NCBI GenBank assembly: GCA_965233585.1
Contig: CBDDTI010000295.1
Location: 192,418-256,417 of the forward strand
DNA from: a bacterium
GTDB taxonomy: Bacteria > SAR324 > NAC60-12
Direction of reading: 5' to 3'
DNA length: 64,000 nt
The notes below the pieces were generated by a model. The model worked only from the letters and a program-made list of their open reading frames with translations, ran no database searches and was not told the DNA's origin. Numbering within the stretch: the first letter of the stretch is position 1; each line of letters starts with the position of its first letter. This document shows, one piece after another, positions 1 to 9,937 of the stretch. Made by a program: the position numbers and the translations under genes.

Positions 1-480
1 CAATTCAAAGTCATTGATCTACAGTCTTATCAAGATGTTTATTTGTGTGGTCCCAGAGGTATGATTGACGGATGCTTAGAAATTTTAGATGAACATGAAT
101 TTCCTCAAGCACAACTCCACTACGAGTTGTTTACTTCTACTACAATTTCGGCAAAACAGGTTCAACATCAATCCAGTCCAGAATTAAGGGAACATCAAAA
201 GCTGGCTCAAATCTCATTTCAATATTTAGGAGAAATTCATCAAATTGACTTTGTGGAAGATGACCACTCTATTTTGACTGCTGCAGCAAGACAAGGGCAT
301 CAATTACCTTATGCTTGTGCAGGGGGAGTTTGTGGAACTTGCCGCGCTAAAATCTTAAAAGGTTCTGCTCAGATGTCAGAAAATTACGCACTGGATCAAG
401 AAGATTTAGCAGAACATTTTGTGCTGACGTGCCAAGCGATTCCTACAACCGATGAAGTGTTTTTGAATTTTGATTATTGA
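1..480 (+). CDS. paaE: Phenylacetyl-CoA epoxidase reductase subunit (5' partial)
   Basis: Frame is open from base 1 (QFKVIDLQSYQDVYLCGP). NAD-binding YLCGP and HYELF motifs, C-terminal 2Fe-2S motif CAGGVCGTC...LTCQ, paa context. Confidence 0.88.
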   Translation, partial: QFKVIDLQSYQDVYLCGPRGMIDGCLEILDEHEFPQAQLHYELFTSTTISAKQVQHQSSPELREHQKLAQISFQYLGEIHQIDFVEDDHSILTAAARQGHQLPYACAGGVCGTCRAKILKGSAQMSENYALDQEDLAEHFVLTCQAIPTTDEVFLNFDY

Positions 481-506
481 AGTCAATCTTTTTTCTGATA
501 CTTGAT

Positions 507-1109
507 ATGCCATTCTATGAATTTGAAGGTGCGAAACCTGTGGTGAGTGATAAGAGCTATGTTCACCCCACTGCAGTGATTATAGGAGATGTTTGGATTG
601 CAGAAGATTGTTACATTGGTCCGTGTGCTTCTTTGCGTGGGGATTTTGGCAGAATCCGAATCTGTCAAGGTGCTAATGTACAAGATTGCTGCATCCTCCA
701 TTCCTTTCCAGAAAAAGAGCTCATCCTCCATGAAAACGTTCATGTTGGACATGGTGCCGTGATTCATAGTGCCGTGATTGAAAAAGATGCCATGGTGGGC
801 ATGCACGCTGTCGTTTTAGATCATGCTGTTGTAGGTGAGCAAGCAATCATTGCTGCAAATTCTACCGTGCCAACACATTGCCAAGTTCCTCCTAGAGTCT
901 TATTTGCAGGGACACCAGGGAAAGTGAAACGTGAGCTTTCTCAAGACAATATCCAAGCCAAACGGCTTGCAACTGAAGCTTACCATCAGCTAGCTCAACG
1001 ATCTTTAAATGGATTGCATGAAACAGAACCACTCAGAGAGGCATCACGCCAACGTCCTCAAATCCCTTGGCAAATCCAATTTGATGCCAATTTCAACATG
1101 AAACAATGA
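507..1109 (+). CDS. paaY: Phenylacetate degradation protein PaaY (hexapeptide-repeat, gamma-carbonic-anhydrase-like)
   Basis: MPFYEFEG..P.V...SYVHPTAVIIGDV...YIGPCASLRGDFG. ATG at 507 preferred over TTG at 477. Confidence 0.88.
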   Translation: MPFYEFEGAKPVVSDKSYVHPTAVIIGDVWIAEDCYIGPCASLRGDFGRIRICQGANVQDCCILHSFPEKELILHENVHVGHGAVIHSAVIEKDAMVGMHAVVLDHAVVGEQAIIAANSTVPTHCQVPPRVLFAGTPGKVKRELSQDNIQAKRLATEAYHQLAQRSLNGLHETEPLREASRQRPQIPWQIQFDANFNMKQ

Positions 1110-1169
1110 TTTCAAATAAGCAACTTCTTGATTTTGAATGTCGCTGAAAAAGATTCTATTCGTAAAATT

Positions 1170-1940
1170 ATGCCTATCCTTCAATTTTTGTATCACCAAA
1201 AACAAACTTTAGTCCTTCAGCTAACCAGTGAGCAACGTTATAACACCGTAGATGATGAAACGTTGAAACAATTAATAGATGCCTTACTTCAAGCAAATGC
1301 TGATTCATCGGTCAAAACCATGATCATTTATGGTGGAGATAAAAACTTTGCAGTAGGGGCAAACCTTCATGAATTGAAAGCTAAAAGTAAAGAGTATTTA
1401 CGAACTGATGAAAGGCGAAAAAACTGGCAACGTTTCCAGTTGTGTCAAAAACCGATCATTGCTGCGGTCAATGGATTAGCACTAGGAGCAGGCAATGAAT
1501 TGGTGATGAATTGCGACATTGTCATTGCAGGAAAGAAGGCACAATTTGGACAACCTGAAATCAATCTAGGACTCATACCAGGGGCAGGTGGAACACAAAG
1601 ACTGACTCATCTCATTGGAAAAAAACAAGCCATGCTGATGCTTTTGACAGGATTGACTCTTTCTGCACAGGAAGCCTTACAACATGGTTTGATTTCCAAA
1701 GTTTGTCAAGATGATCTGGTCTTAGAAGAAGCACTTGCTGTGGCAGAGACCATCAACCAAAAATCATCTGTTGCTGTTACTGCTGTTAAATCATGCGTTT
1801 CTCAAGTAGAACAACTTCCTTTGCAAGAAGGATTAGCCGTAGAATATCAAGCCTTTGTTGAGCTTGCAGACTCGCAAGATCGCACCGAAGGCATCAATGC
1901 TTTTTTAGAAAAACGCAAACCTCATTTTATTGGAAAATAA
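1170..1940 (+). CDS. paaF: Enoyl-CoA hydratase (2,3-dehydroadipyl-CoA hydratase)
   Basis: Crotonase motifs KPIIAAVNGLALGAGNEL and FGQPEINLGLIPGAGGTQRL. Start codon approximate. Confidence 0.82.
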   Translation: MPILQFLYHQKQTLVLQLTSEQRYNTVDDETLKQLIDALLQANADSSVKTMIIYGGDKNFAVGANLHELKAKSKEYLRTDERRKNWQRFQLCQKPIIAAVNGLALGAGNELVMNCDIVIAGKKAQFGQPEINLGLIPGAGGTQRLTHLIGKKQAMLMLLTGLTLSAQEALQHGLISKVCQDDLVLEEALAVAETINQKSSVAVTAVKSCVSQVEQLPLQEGLAVEYQAFVELADSQDRTEGINAFLEKRKPHFIGK

Positions 1941-1959
1941 TTCAAATCACTCAAATATT

Positions 1960-2760
1960 ATGGAAACTATTGATTTAGAATGGATTGAATCTGTTGCGAT
2001 GTTAACGCTCAACCGTCCTGATTCTCTCAATAGCATCAATCTCACAATGCACGAAGAGCTAGCCCAAGCGTTGAAACAAATCAAAACTTCTTCTGCACGT
2101 GTCATGTTGCTGACAGGAAAAGGTCGTGGATTTTGTGCAGGACAAGATTTAACCGACCGAACTGTTGCAGCTGATTCAAACTCCAAAAAAACAGAAACAC
2201 AAATAGATTTAGGAAAGTCTTTAGAAAAACACTACAACCCTTTAATCCGCACTCTTCAGTCTTTAGAGATTCCAATCGTTTGTGCAGTCAATGGTGTTGC
2301 CGCTGGTGCTGGAGTGTCTTTAGTTTTAGCATCTGATATTGTCTTGATGAGTAAAAAAGCCAAACTCACATTAGCCTTTAGCCGAATTGGATTAGTACCT
2401 GATTCGGGCTGTAGTTGGTTTTTGACACAATGTTTAGGAACTAAACGAGCATTAGCTCTAGCCATGTTAAGTGAAAGCATCACTGCAGAACAAGCTCAAA
2501 ACTGGGGAATTGCATGGGAAGTTTATCAAGAAGGCTCTTTACAAAAAGGAGCTATGGAATTTTGCCAAAAGCTAGCAGCGGCGCCCACCAAAGGTTTAGG
2601 ATACCTCAAACGATGTTTTGCGACTGCCGACACTTCCAGCTTAAACGAACAACTGAACCACGAACGAGAGTTTCAACAGCTTGCAGGAAGAACCAAAGAC
2701 TACCAAGAAGGCGTCGCAGCATTTCTTGAAAAAAGAAAACCCAAATTTACTGGAGAATGA
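1960..2760 (+). CDS. paaG: Ring-1,2-epoxyphenylacetyl-CoA isomerase
   Basis: GRGFCAGQDL, YNPLIR, GLVPDSG, GRTKDYQEGV; follows paaF. Confidence 0.88.
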   Translation: METIDLEWIESVAMLTLNRPDSLNSINLTMHEELAQALKQIKTSSARVMLLTGKGRGFCAGQDLTDRTVAADSNSKKTETQIDLGKSLEKHYNPLIRTLQSLEIPIVCAVNGVAAGAGVSLVLASDIVLMSKKAKLTLAFSRIGLVPDSGCSWFLTQCLGTKRALALAMLSESITAEQAQNWGIAWEVYQEGSLQKGAMEFCQKLAAAPTKGLGYLKRCFATADTSSLNEQLNHEREFQQLAGRTKDYQEGVAAFLEKRKPKFTGE

Positions 2761-4253
2761 ACAAGATGCCACAGCAAGCAGTCATCATTGGTGGTGGAGT
2801 CATGGGACGTGGCATTGCACAGACCTTTGTGCAAAATGGCTATACTGTCTCTATTGTTGAAAATCAAGCAGAACACGCTAAACAAATTTTAAAAATCCTT
2901 GAAAACTCTTGGCAAAAATTAGTAACACGTGGGAAATTTACCTCAAACCAGACACAACAATTTTTAGAACAACTGACAATCACTTCTGACCTTTCAGTTG
3001 TCAAACAAGCTGATGTTGTCATTGAAGCGGTGTTTGAAGACTTAGAACTGAAACAAAATATTCTGGCTCAAGTAGAACAAATGGCATCAGAGAACACTTT
3101 GACAGCTTCCAACACCTCTACTTTTTCTATCACTGCTCTTGCCTCTGCACTTCAAAATCCTCACCGTTTAGTGGGTTTGCATTTCTTCAATCCTCCTCCA
3201 GTTATGAGACTAGTTGAAGTGGTCAAAGGCTTACAAACTGATGAAACCATCATTCAACGAGCAATACAACTTGCTGAAAATCTAGGAAAACAACCTGTGT
3301 TGTGTCAATCCTTTCCCGGTTTCATTGTCAATCGCATTTGCCGTCCTTATTATTGTGAATCTTTCAAAATGCTAGATGAACACGCTGGCAGTATTAGCAA
3401 CCTTGATACAGCACTGGAAGGTTCTGGACTTTTTCCAATGGGAGTCTTTCGGCTAGTAGATTTGATTGGAGTAGAGACTAACTTTCGTAACACCAAATCC
3501 ATGTTTGAAGCCTTTTTTTATGATAACCGCTACAAACCTTCCTTCATTCAAGCAGAATATGTGAATGCAAAACGTTTTGGTCAAAAAGTAGCCCAAGGTT
3601 TGTACAGTTATCAAAACCATCAAGCCATGCGGCAAAGTGAATTTGTTCCAAAAAGTCAAATTTTTTCTGAAGAGGTTCTACTACAATCTACCGCAACTGC
3701 TCCTTTTTGGATTCAAAATTTACAAAACATTGCCAACCAAAAAGGAGTTGCATTGAACATGCAACAGGGAGCGAGTTCTTTTCTAAAAATTGGTTCAGTG
3801 CAAATGTTAGCAACTGATGGGCAACTTGCAGAAAGTCTATTGCCATGGAAGCAAATGCCTACCATCATCATGGATTGGATATTGAGTGAAAAAGCATCAG
3901 TTTTAGCCATTCAAGCCAATCCTTTAGTAGAAAACGAAATGCTAGAACAAGTAGCATCATTTTTTGATTCGCTTGGTATCCAGTTGGTTGTAGTTCATTC
4001 ACCTGCAATGGTGGTGATGCGGTTAGTAGTGATGCTCATCAATGAAGCCTTAGAGGCGATCCAACAAGGCGTGTGCAATGAGCATGATTGTAATCTTGCT
4101 TTGAGGCTTGGCATGAATTTTCAGTTTGACATCCTGACCCTAGCAGAGCAAATTGGCTATTCCAATGTGATGCAAATTCTTAAAAATTTGTTCCAACTGT
4201 TTCAAGATGAAAAATATCGTTCCTCCTTGAGATTAAGAACAATGGCAACTTGA
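2757..4253 (+). CDS. paaH: 3-hydroxyacyl-CoA dehydrogenase
   Basis: GGGVMGRGIA, EAVFEDLELK, SNTSTFSIT, GLHFFNP; about 500 aa with duplicated C-terminal domain. Confidence 0.88.
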   Translation: MNKMPQQAVIIGGGVMGRGIAQTFVQNGYTVSIVENQAEHAKQILKILENSWQKLVTRGKFTSNQTQQFLEQLTITSDLSVVKQADVVIEAVFEDLELKQNILAQVEQMASENTLTASNTSTFSITALASALQNPHRLVGLHFFNPPPVMRLVEVVKGLQTDETIIQRAIQLAENLGKQPVLCQSFPGFIVNRICRPYYCESFKMLDEHAGSISNLDTALEGSGLFPMGVFRLVDLIGVETNFRNTKSMFEAFFYDNRYKPSFIQAEYVNAKRFGQKVAQGLYSYQNHQAMRQSEFVPKSQIFSEEVLLQSTATAPFWIQNLQNIANQKGVALNMQQGASSFLKIGSVQMLATDGQLAESLLPWKQMPTIIMDWILSEKASVLAIQANPLVENEMLEQVASFFDSLGIQLVVVHSPAMVVMRLVVMLINEALEAIQQGVCNEHDCNLALRLGMNFQFDILTLAEQIGYSNVMQILKNLFQLFQDEKYRSSLRLRTMAT

Positions 4254-4265
4254 AGGATTGAACAC

Positions 4266-4703
4266 ATGACTATGAATTTATCTCAACAAGACATTGCTGA
4301 ACGTGGTGTCAAAACCATGCTAGCCAGTGATCAATGTTCTCATTCGCTGGGAATTGAACTACAAGAGATCAGGCAAGGTTATGCCAAAATGACCATGACG
4401 ATTAGGCAAGACATGGTCAATGGTCATAACATTTGTCATGGAGGAATGTTATTTACTTTGGCGGATTCTACTTTTGCTTGTTGTTGCAATGGACACAACC
4501 GTGTGACTGTTGCTTCTGCTTGTAAAATAGATTTTTTACGACCAGCTGTTTTAGGAGATCAACTCACAGCAATTGGTACAGAACGCAAAAGAGGCAAGCA
4601 GACAGGACTATGTGATGTTGAAATTTACAATTCTCACAATCAACTTGTTGCATTGTTTAGAGGCAATTCACACATTTTAGACCAATCTATTTTCAAAGAA
4701 TAA
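4266..4703 (+). CDS. paaI: Hydroxyphenylacetyl-CoA thioesterase (hotdog fold)
   Basis: NGHNICHGGMLFTLADSTFA and VALFRG motifs. Confidence 0.92.
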   Translation: MTMNLSQQDIAERGVKTMLASDQCSHSLGIELQEIRQGYAKMTMTIRQDMVNGHNICHGGMLFTLADSTFACCCNGHNRVTVASACKIDFLRPAVLGDQLTAIGTERKRGKQTGLCDVEIYNSHNQLVALFRGNSHILDQSIFKE

Positions 4704-4708
4704 TTACC

Positions 4709-5998
4709 ATGACCAATCTCACTCCCTTAGATGCAATTGAACGATCCAGCATTGATGAAATACGAAAAGTCCAGTTAGAAAGAATGCAATGGAGCATAAG
4801 CCATTGTTATCAAAATATCCCACATTATCAAAAAACCTTTAAGGCTCAAGGCATTCATCCTCAAGATTTGAAACAACTGGAAGATTTAAAGCATTTTCCT
4901 TTCACCGTGAAGGAAGACCTGCGCCAAAATTATCCGACAGGCTTGTTTGCTACACCAATGAAGGACGTTGTGCGTTTTCATGCTTCTAGTGGTACTACAG
5001 GCAAGCCAACCGTAGTAGGTTATACTCAAAAAGACATTGAAACATGGTCTCATTGTGTGGCAAGAAGTATCCGTGCAGCAGGAGGTGATGCACACAGCAT
5101 TGTTCACGTTTCTTATGGTTATGGTTTATTCACTGGTGGATTAGGAGCGCATTATGGAGCAGAAAAACTAGGGGCAACCGTCATTCCTGTTTCAGGAGGT
5201 ATGACAGGTCGTCAAATCCAGATCATTGCTGACCTCAAGCCAGACATCATTATGGTCACCCCTTCCTATTTTTTAAAGATCATCAGCGAATCTAAAAAAC
5301 ATGGAGTAGATCCACAACATTGGTCTCTCAAAGTCGCTATTTTAGGAGCAGAGCCTTGGACAGAAGCGATGCGTGAAGTCATTGAAACTGAGTCTTGCAC
5401 TCAAGCCACCAATATCTATGGTTTATCTGAAATTATTGGACCGGGAGTTGCTCAAGAGTGCTTAGAAACCCAAGATGGTCTTACAGTGTGGGAAGATCAT
5501 TTTTATCCTGAAATCATTGATCCTAACACCTTAGAAGTTTTGCCAGATGGTCAAGAAGGCGAGCTAGTTTTTACTACATTGACCAAAGAAGCAACACCTT
5601 TGGTTCGTTATCGTACAAGAGACCTCACCAAAATTTTACCCGGCACCTCAAGAACCATGAGGAGGATTGACAGGATTCTTGGCAGAAGTGATGACATGCT
5701 TATCATTCGTGGTGTCAATGTCTTTCCAACACAAGTAGAAGAACAAATCCTAAAAATTCCTGAATTGGAAAGCAATTATCAATTAGAAGTCGTACAAGAA
5801 GAAAATACCAATGCCCTGCATGTTCATGTGGAATTAAAGAATGCCAACCATGATGCCAAATCAATCAAACCGCATTTAGAACATTTGATCAAAGATTTCA
5901 TTGGAATTTCTGCACAAGTCAAAATCCAGCCTCAAGGCACGTTACCTGAATCACAAGGCAAAGCTGTGAGAGTGAGAAAAGCCAACCCGAGTTGCTAG
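4709..5998 (+). CDS. paaK: Phenylacetate-CoA ligase
   Basis: HASSGTTGKPTVVGYT, YGYGLFTGGLGAHYG, IYGLSEIIGPGVA, GRSDDMLIIRGVNVFP. Confidence 0.95.
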   Translation: MTNLTPLDAIERSSIDEIRKVQLERMQWSISHCYQNIPHYQKTFKAQGIHPQDLKQLEDLKHFPFTVKEDLRQNYPTGLFATPMKDVVRFHASSGTTGKPTVVGYTQKDIETWSHCVARSIRAAGGDAHSIVHVSYGYGLFTGGLGAHYGAEKLGATVIPVSGGMTGRQIQIIADLKPDIIMVTPSYFLKIISESKKHGVDPQHWSLKVAILGAEPWTEAMREVIETESCTQATNIYGLSEIIGPGVAQECLETQDGLTVWEDHFYPEIIDPNTLEVLPDGQEGELVFTTLTKEATPLVRYRTRDLTKILPGTSRTMRRIDRILGRSDDMLIIRGVNVFPTQVEEQILKIPELESNYQLEVVQEENTNALHVHVELKNANHDAKSIKPHLEHLIKDFIGISAQVKIQPQGTLPESQGKAVRVRKANPSC

Positions 5999-6150
5999 GT
6001 GATTCATAAAATTTGCACCATAGCCTAATTGCTGCGATTTTAAGCATAGCCATCAATGTTGAGAAGTGCTTGTCGTATCGTATTGCGATAGATCTGCCTG
6101 ATTGTTGGAGGTGACCCAACGCTTTCTCAATAGGTTTCCTAATGAGTTCT
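5995..6150 (-). pseudogene. IS5-family transposase C-terminal remnant
   Basis: IEKALGHLQQ..RSIAIRYDK...LMAMLKIAAIRLWCKFYES resembles the IS5/IS427-group tail (IERxFxxLKxxRRIATRYDK...AAIRLW). No N-terminal part is present. Confidence 0.65.
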
Positions 6151-6286
6151 GCTCTGTTTTGAGCATCGGCATCAAGACTTCCTGTACAAGCCTCAATCAA
6201 TTTGCTAACGGATAAAGAGTTGAGCCATGATTTTTTTAGCAATGATTCTGACTAAACCATGTGTTTTTGGATTGAGTTGTAGGTTG

Positions 6287-7276
6287 TTATTGCTTCTTAA
6301 CCACTTTTTGCTCAATGGTGCCAAAAATATTATTGCCTTGATCGTCAGTCATTTCAATTTTGACAGTGTCTCCAAATTTTAAAAAAGGTGTTTTGGGACT
6401 GCCTAATTCAATGGTTTCAATCATACGAGCTTCTGCCAAGCAACAGAATCCTTTAGAGGCATCTTTGTTAGAAATTGTCCCAGAGCCAATGATAGTACCT
6501 GCTTTCAGTGGACGAGTCTTGGCAGCGTGTGCAATGAGTTGAGCAAAATTAAACTGCATATCTACCCCTGCATTAGGAGAACCAAATGGCTCGTTGTTAA
6601 TCCAAGTTCTCAAAGGCAAATGCACTTTGTAATCCCTCCATGCACTGCCTAACTCGTCAGGGGTAACAAAAACAGGAGCAAAAGCCGTTGGAGGCTTGCC
6701 TTGCACAAATCCAAAGCCTTTAGACAGTTCAGTAGGAATCAAGTTCCGCAAGGACACATCGTTCAAAATGGTAATCAAAAGAATATAATCACCTGCATCT
6801 GCTTCACTGACTCCCATGGGGACATGATCAGTGATGACTGCCACTTCTGCTTCTAAATCAATGCCATAGTCTTCACTAACAACTTCAATATCTGAAGTAG
6901 CAGAAAGCAGGGGATCTGAGCCTCCTTGATACATGAGTGGGTCAGTTAAAAACTCTGGGGGCATCACGGCACCTCGTGCTTTCCGCACCAATTCTACGTG
7001 GTTTAAATAAGCCGAGCCATCTAACCACTGATACGCTCTGGGCAAAGGAGCAAGAAAGTTTTTTATCTCAAAAGGAGAGGGTCTTGGTTTTTCAGATGTG
7101 CCAGCTTCCAACTCTCCAGCTAAATATGACAATTCCAAGTGGGAGTCATCCCAATAGTCCAATGCTCTTTGCATGAAAGGGGCAATATGCAGGGCATGAA
7201 CATATTGTGTCAAGTTGCGATTGACGATGACTAATTGTCCATCTAGGTTTCCGTTATTGAATGTTGCAAGTTTCAT
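6287..7276 (-). CDS. Fumarylacetoacetate hydrolase family protein
   Basis: PLPRAYQWLDGSAYLNHVELVRKARGA, DPLMYQGGSD, DLEAEVAV, NDVSLRNLIP; lies downstream of hmgA. Confidence 0.88.
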   Translation of the reverse strand: MKLATFNNGNLDGQLVIVNRNLTQYVHALHIAPFMQRALDYWDDSHLELSYLAGELEAGTSEKPRPSPFEIKNFLAPLPRAYQWLDGSAYLNHVELVRKARGAVMPPEFLTDPLMYQGGSDPLLSATSDIEVVSEDYGIDLEAEVAVITDHVPMGVSEADAGDYILLITILNDVSLRNLIPTELSKGFGFVQGKPPTAFAPVFVTPDELGSAWRDYKVHLPLRTWINNEPFGSPNAGVDMQFNFAQLIAHAAKTRPLKAGTIIGSGTISNKDASKGFCCLAEARMIETIELGSPKTPFLKFGDTVKIEMTDDQGNNIFGTIEQKVVKKQ

Positions 7277-7373
7277 AATGATCTTTTAATTAAAAAATTA
7301 GGTTAAATTGAATCAATCGTCAGTCATCTCTTGACTCAAAGGTGTATAGATGACATCTACAACAACCCCACAA

Positions 7374-8222
7374 CTACAAAAGGTTTTGGAGTTGTTTTTC
7401 AGAAAGTCCAGTGATTTGGCAAATGAGTTGAGTCTCTATGCCTTGAGCGAGCATCTTTTGAGCAATGTCAAGTTTCTCTTCTTCTTTGCCTCTTTGGAAT
7501 CCTCGTTGTTCTCCTTGCTGTTCCCCGAGTTGAACAGAGCTTTTTTGAATGGCAACAAACTCTTTTCTTTTGTGATGGAGTTCTAATTCTTCAGCAGTCA
7601 TGCCTGCTTCATTGACAATTTCTAATGCTTTTTGAATAGAAGGATTCCAAGTAGTAGGCACTTTGTCAAAGTCTTCAGCATGTTTGACAAAATAAATCCA
7701 CTGGTCTTGAATCTCTTTTAACTCTTCAAATTTTTTTTGAAACTTAGGGAGTTCAATGAAGACCAGTTCAATGTCTCCCGAATACTCTGTGTGCTTTTCT
7801 TTTTCCAATAACCTGAAGCAATTGATGAGTTTGTCAGAGTCTTGAAACATGACAAAGTCCACTACACTGATTGCAATGACAGGATTGAGTAGGTGGTAGC
7901 TGTTCCCAGAGACCAACTGCATAGAATACTTTTTACAGGCATTGTAAAGGATTCTTTTTTCAAATCCTTCATGGTTGATGACTTGCATCTCAATCATCAC
8001 CTGCTCACCTGTGCTTAGTGTGGCTTTCACATCTACATAGCTGTCTTTCATGCCTTTGAGCAAGGGTGAGTTGTAAGGGTCTTGGATGCTTAAATTCTCA
8101 ATCTTTTCATCATTTTGAAATTCTAAGATGGAATTGAGAAAGCTAATCAGAATGTCTTGGTGTTGATCATTACCAAACACCATCTTGAAGGCATAATCTG
8201 TCTTGACATCTAAAAAACGCAT
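7374..8222 (-). CDS. Rpn-like PD-(D/E)XK nuclease family (putative transposase)
   Basis: D.AFKMVFG, VDVKA.......MIEMQ, FIELPKF, and a C-terminal G.E.G repeat followed by IAQKML.......I..ITGLS. Confidence 0.88.
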   Translation of the reverse strand: MRFLDVKTDYAFKMVFGNDQHQDILISFLNSILEFQNDEKIENLSIQDPYNSPLLKGMKDSYVDVKATLSTGEQVMIEMQVINHEGFEKRILYNACKKYSMQLVSGNSYHLLNPVIAISVVDFVMFQDSDKLINCFRLLEKEKHTEYSGDIELVFIELPKFQKKFEELKEIQDQWIYFVKHAEDFDKVPTTWNPSIQKALEIVNEAGMTAEELELHHKRKEFVAIQKSSVQLGEQQGEQRGFQRGKEEEKLDIAQKMLAQGIETQLICQITGLSEKQLQNLL

Positions 8223-8332
8223 CTCGGTTTTATGGAAGCTAAGGTTTTAAAAATTATCATCTCTCATGCGGAGAGGCATTTTATCCGACTGTACGCATAA
8301 TAACATAGTAGATTCTGCCATTGAAAATTCCA

Positions 8333-9619
8333 TCATGGTTGAAAGTGTTTTTTCAAGCCTGCCCAGCAATCGGTGTAATTTTTTTGCAACGTTTCTAATT
8401 CTGCTGCATAGTTGGTGAGCCGTTGTCTCAAATGACTTTCAAACATGAACGCCATGGTGTTGCTTAATTTTTCGGGTTGAAGCTCCATAGTGCTTGCCTT
8501 TTCAAAAGCATCAACATCTGGTCCATGAGGAAGCATGAGATTGTGCAAACTGAACCCACCGGGAGCAAAGCCGTCAGGTTTTGCATCATAAACTCCATAA
8601 ATCAAGCCCATAAATTCAGACATGACGTTGCGATGATACCAAGGTGGTCGGAAGGTCTTTTCAGCAACCAACCAACGTTCAGGAAAGATGACAAAATCTA
8701 CATTGGCTGTTCCTGCAATGGTAGAGGGAGAAGTCAACACGGTAAAAATGGAAGGGTCAGGGTGGTCAAAAAGGATTGCCCCCACTGGAGAAAAAGTTTT
8801 GAGGTCATACTTGTAAGGAGAGTAGTTGCCATGCCATGCGACTACATCTAAAGGAGAATGTCCGATGGCGCATGACCACACATCTCCCCCCCATTTCACC
8901 CATAAACGACAAGGCTTTTCTTGCTCTTCGTAAGCGGCAACAGGATACTTGAAGTCTCTTGGATTTGCCAAACAATTTGCACCAATGGGACCTCTATCAG
9001 GCAGAATGAAACGGCTGCCATAATTTTCGCAAATGTAGCCCCTTGCCTCATCGTGTAGTAATTCTACTTTGAACATCACACCACGTGGAATGACAACAAT
9101 CTCACCGGGTAAGGCTTCAATGATGCCTAATTCTGTGACAAACCGCAGTCCATTTTGCTCTGGAACAATCAAATACTCACCATCAGCATTGAAGTAATAA
9201 TCCTCGTTCATGGATTGATTGCAAGTATAAACATGCGATGCCATGCCTGTATTCGCATCGCTGTCTCCCGCAAGCGTGATGGTTTTGATGCCTTCAATGA
9301 AAGTATGTAGCTCTTTAGGAATAGGAATGGCTGACCAACGCAAGGCACCAAGTGGCAACGAATGTGGCTCACGGTTGGGGGCAGTTCTGACTAAGCCTTG
9401 AGGTTCTTTGTGAAATGTTCCAACATGCTTGACCGATGGACGCAGGCGATACAACCATGAACGATAATTGGCATGTTGTGGCATTGTGAAGGCAGACCCG
9501 CTCAACTGCTCTGCATACAAGCCATAGTGGCATTGTTGCGGAGAGTTCTGACCTTGTGGCAAGGCATTGGGCAATGCTTCGGTTTCAAAATGATTTCCAA
9601 ATCCACTCATGTATTGCAT
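8333..9619 (-). CDS. hmgA: Homogentisate 1,2-dioxygenase
   Basis: [52 protein letters not shown]. Confidence 0.97.
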   Translation of the reverse strand: MQYMSGFGNHFETEALPNALPQGQNSPQQCHYGLYAEQLSGSAFTMPQHANYRSWLYRLRPSVKHVGTFHKEPQGLVRTAPNREPHSLPLGALRWSAIPIPKELHTFIEGIKTITLAGDSDANTGMASHVYTCNQSMNEDYYFNADGEYLIVPEQNGLRFVTELGIIEALPGEIVVIPRGVMFKVELLHDEARGYICENYGSRFILPDRGPIGANCLANPRDFKYPVAAYEEQEKPCRLWVKWGGDVWSCAIGHSPLDVVAWHGNYSPYKYDLKTFSPVGAILFDHPDPSIFTVLTSPSTIAGTANVDFVIFPERWLVAEKTFRPPWYHRNVMSEFMGLIYGVYDAKPDGFAPGGFSLHNLMLPHGPDVDAFEKASTMELQPEKLSNTMAFMFESHLRQRLTNYAAELETLQKNYTDCWAGLKKHFQP

Positions 9620-9868
9620 GGTTTTTTTCCGCTAAAAAAAGTTAATTAGTTGAAAATGTTTAGAAAAATAACAGTTGGGTTCAAAAGATTAACATCAGCC
9701 TTCAAAAAAAATCTCTTAAACATCAGAAAGTTAGTTTTGATGTTGATAGCACTTCAACCAACATAAAAACTAGATTCAAAAATGAGTAAAAAGACTTGAC
9801 CAAGCCATTTTTGTCCAAATTCTAAATCGTTTGCCTTTGCAGGTATTAAACTCAACTCATCATTTTGT

Positions 9869-9898
9869 ACTTGACTTGTCAAGTGTTTCATGTATAAC
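9869..9898 (+). promoter_or_regulatory. Putative sigma70 promoter overlapped by a palindrome
   Basis: TTGACT(9871)-16 nt-TATAAC(9893), with a perfect inverted repeat ACTTGAC-tt-GTCAAGT at 9869-9884, in the divergent hmgA/ABC intergenic region. Confidence 0.5.
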
Positions 9899-9937
9899 CA
9901 CTTTTTTCAACGTCTTAACATTTTCAAGGAGAAAAAT

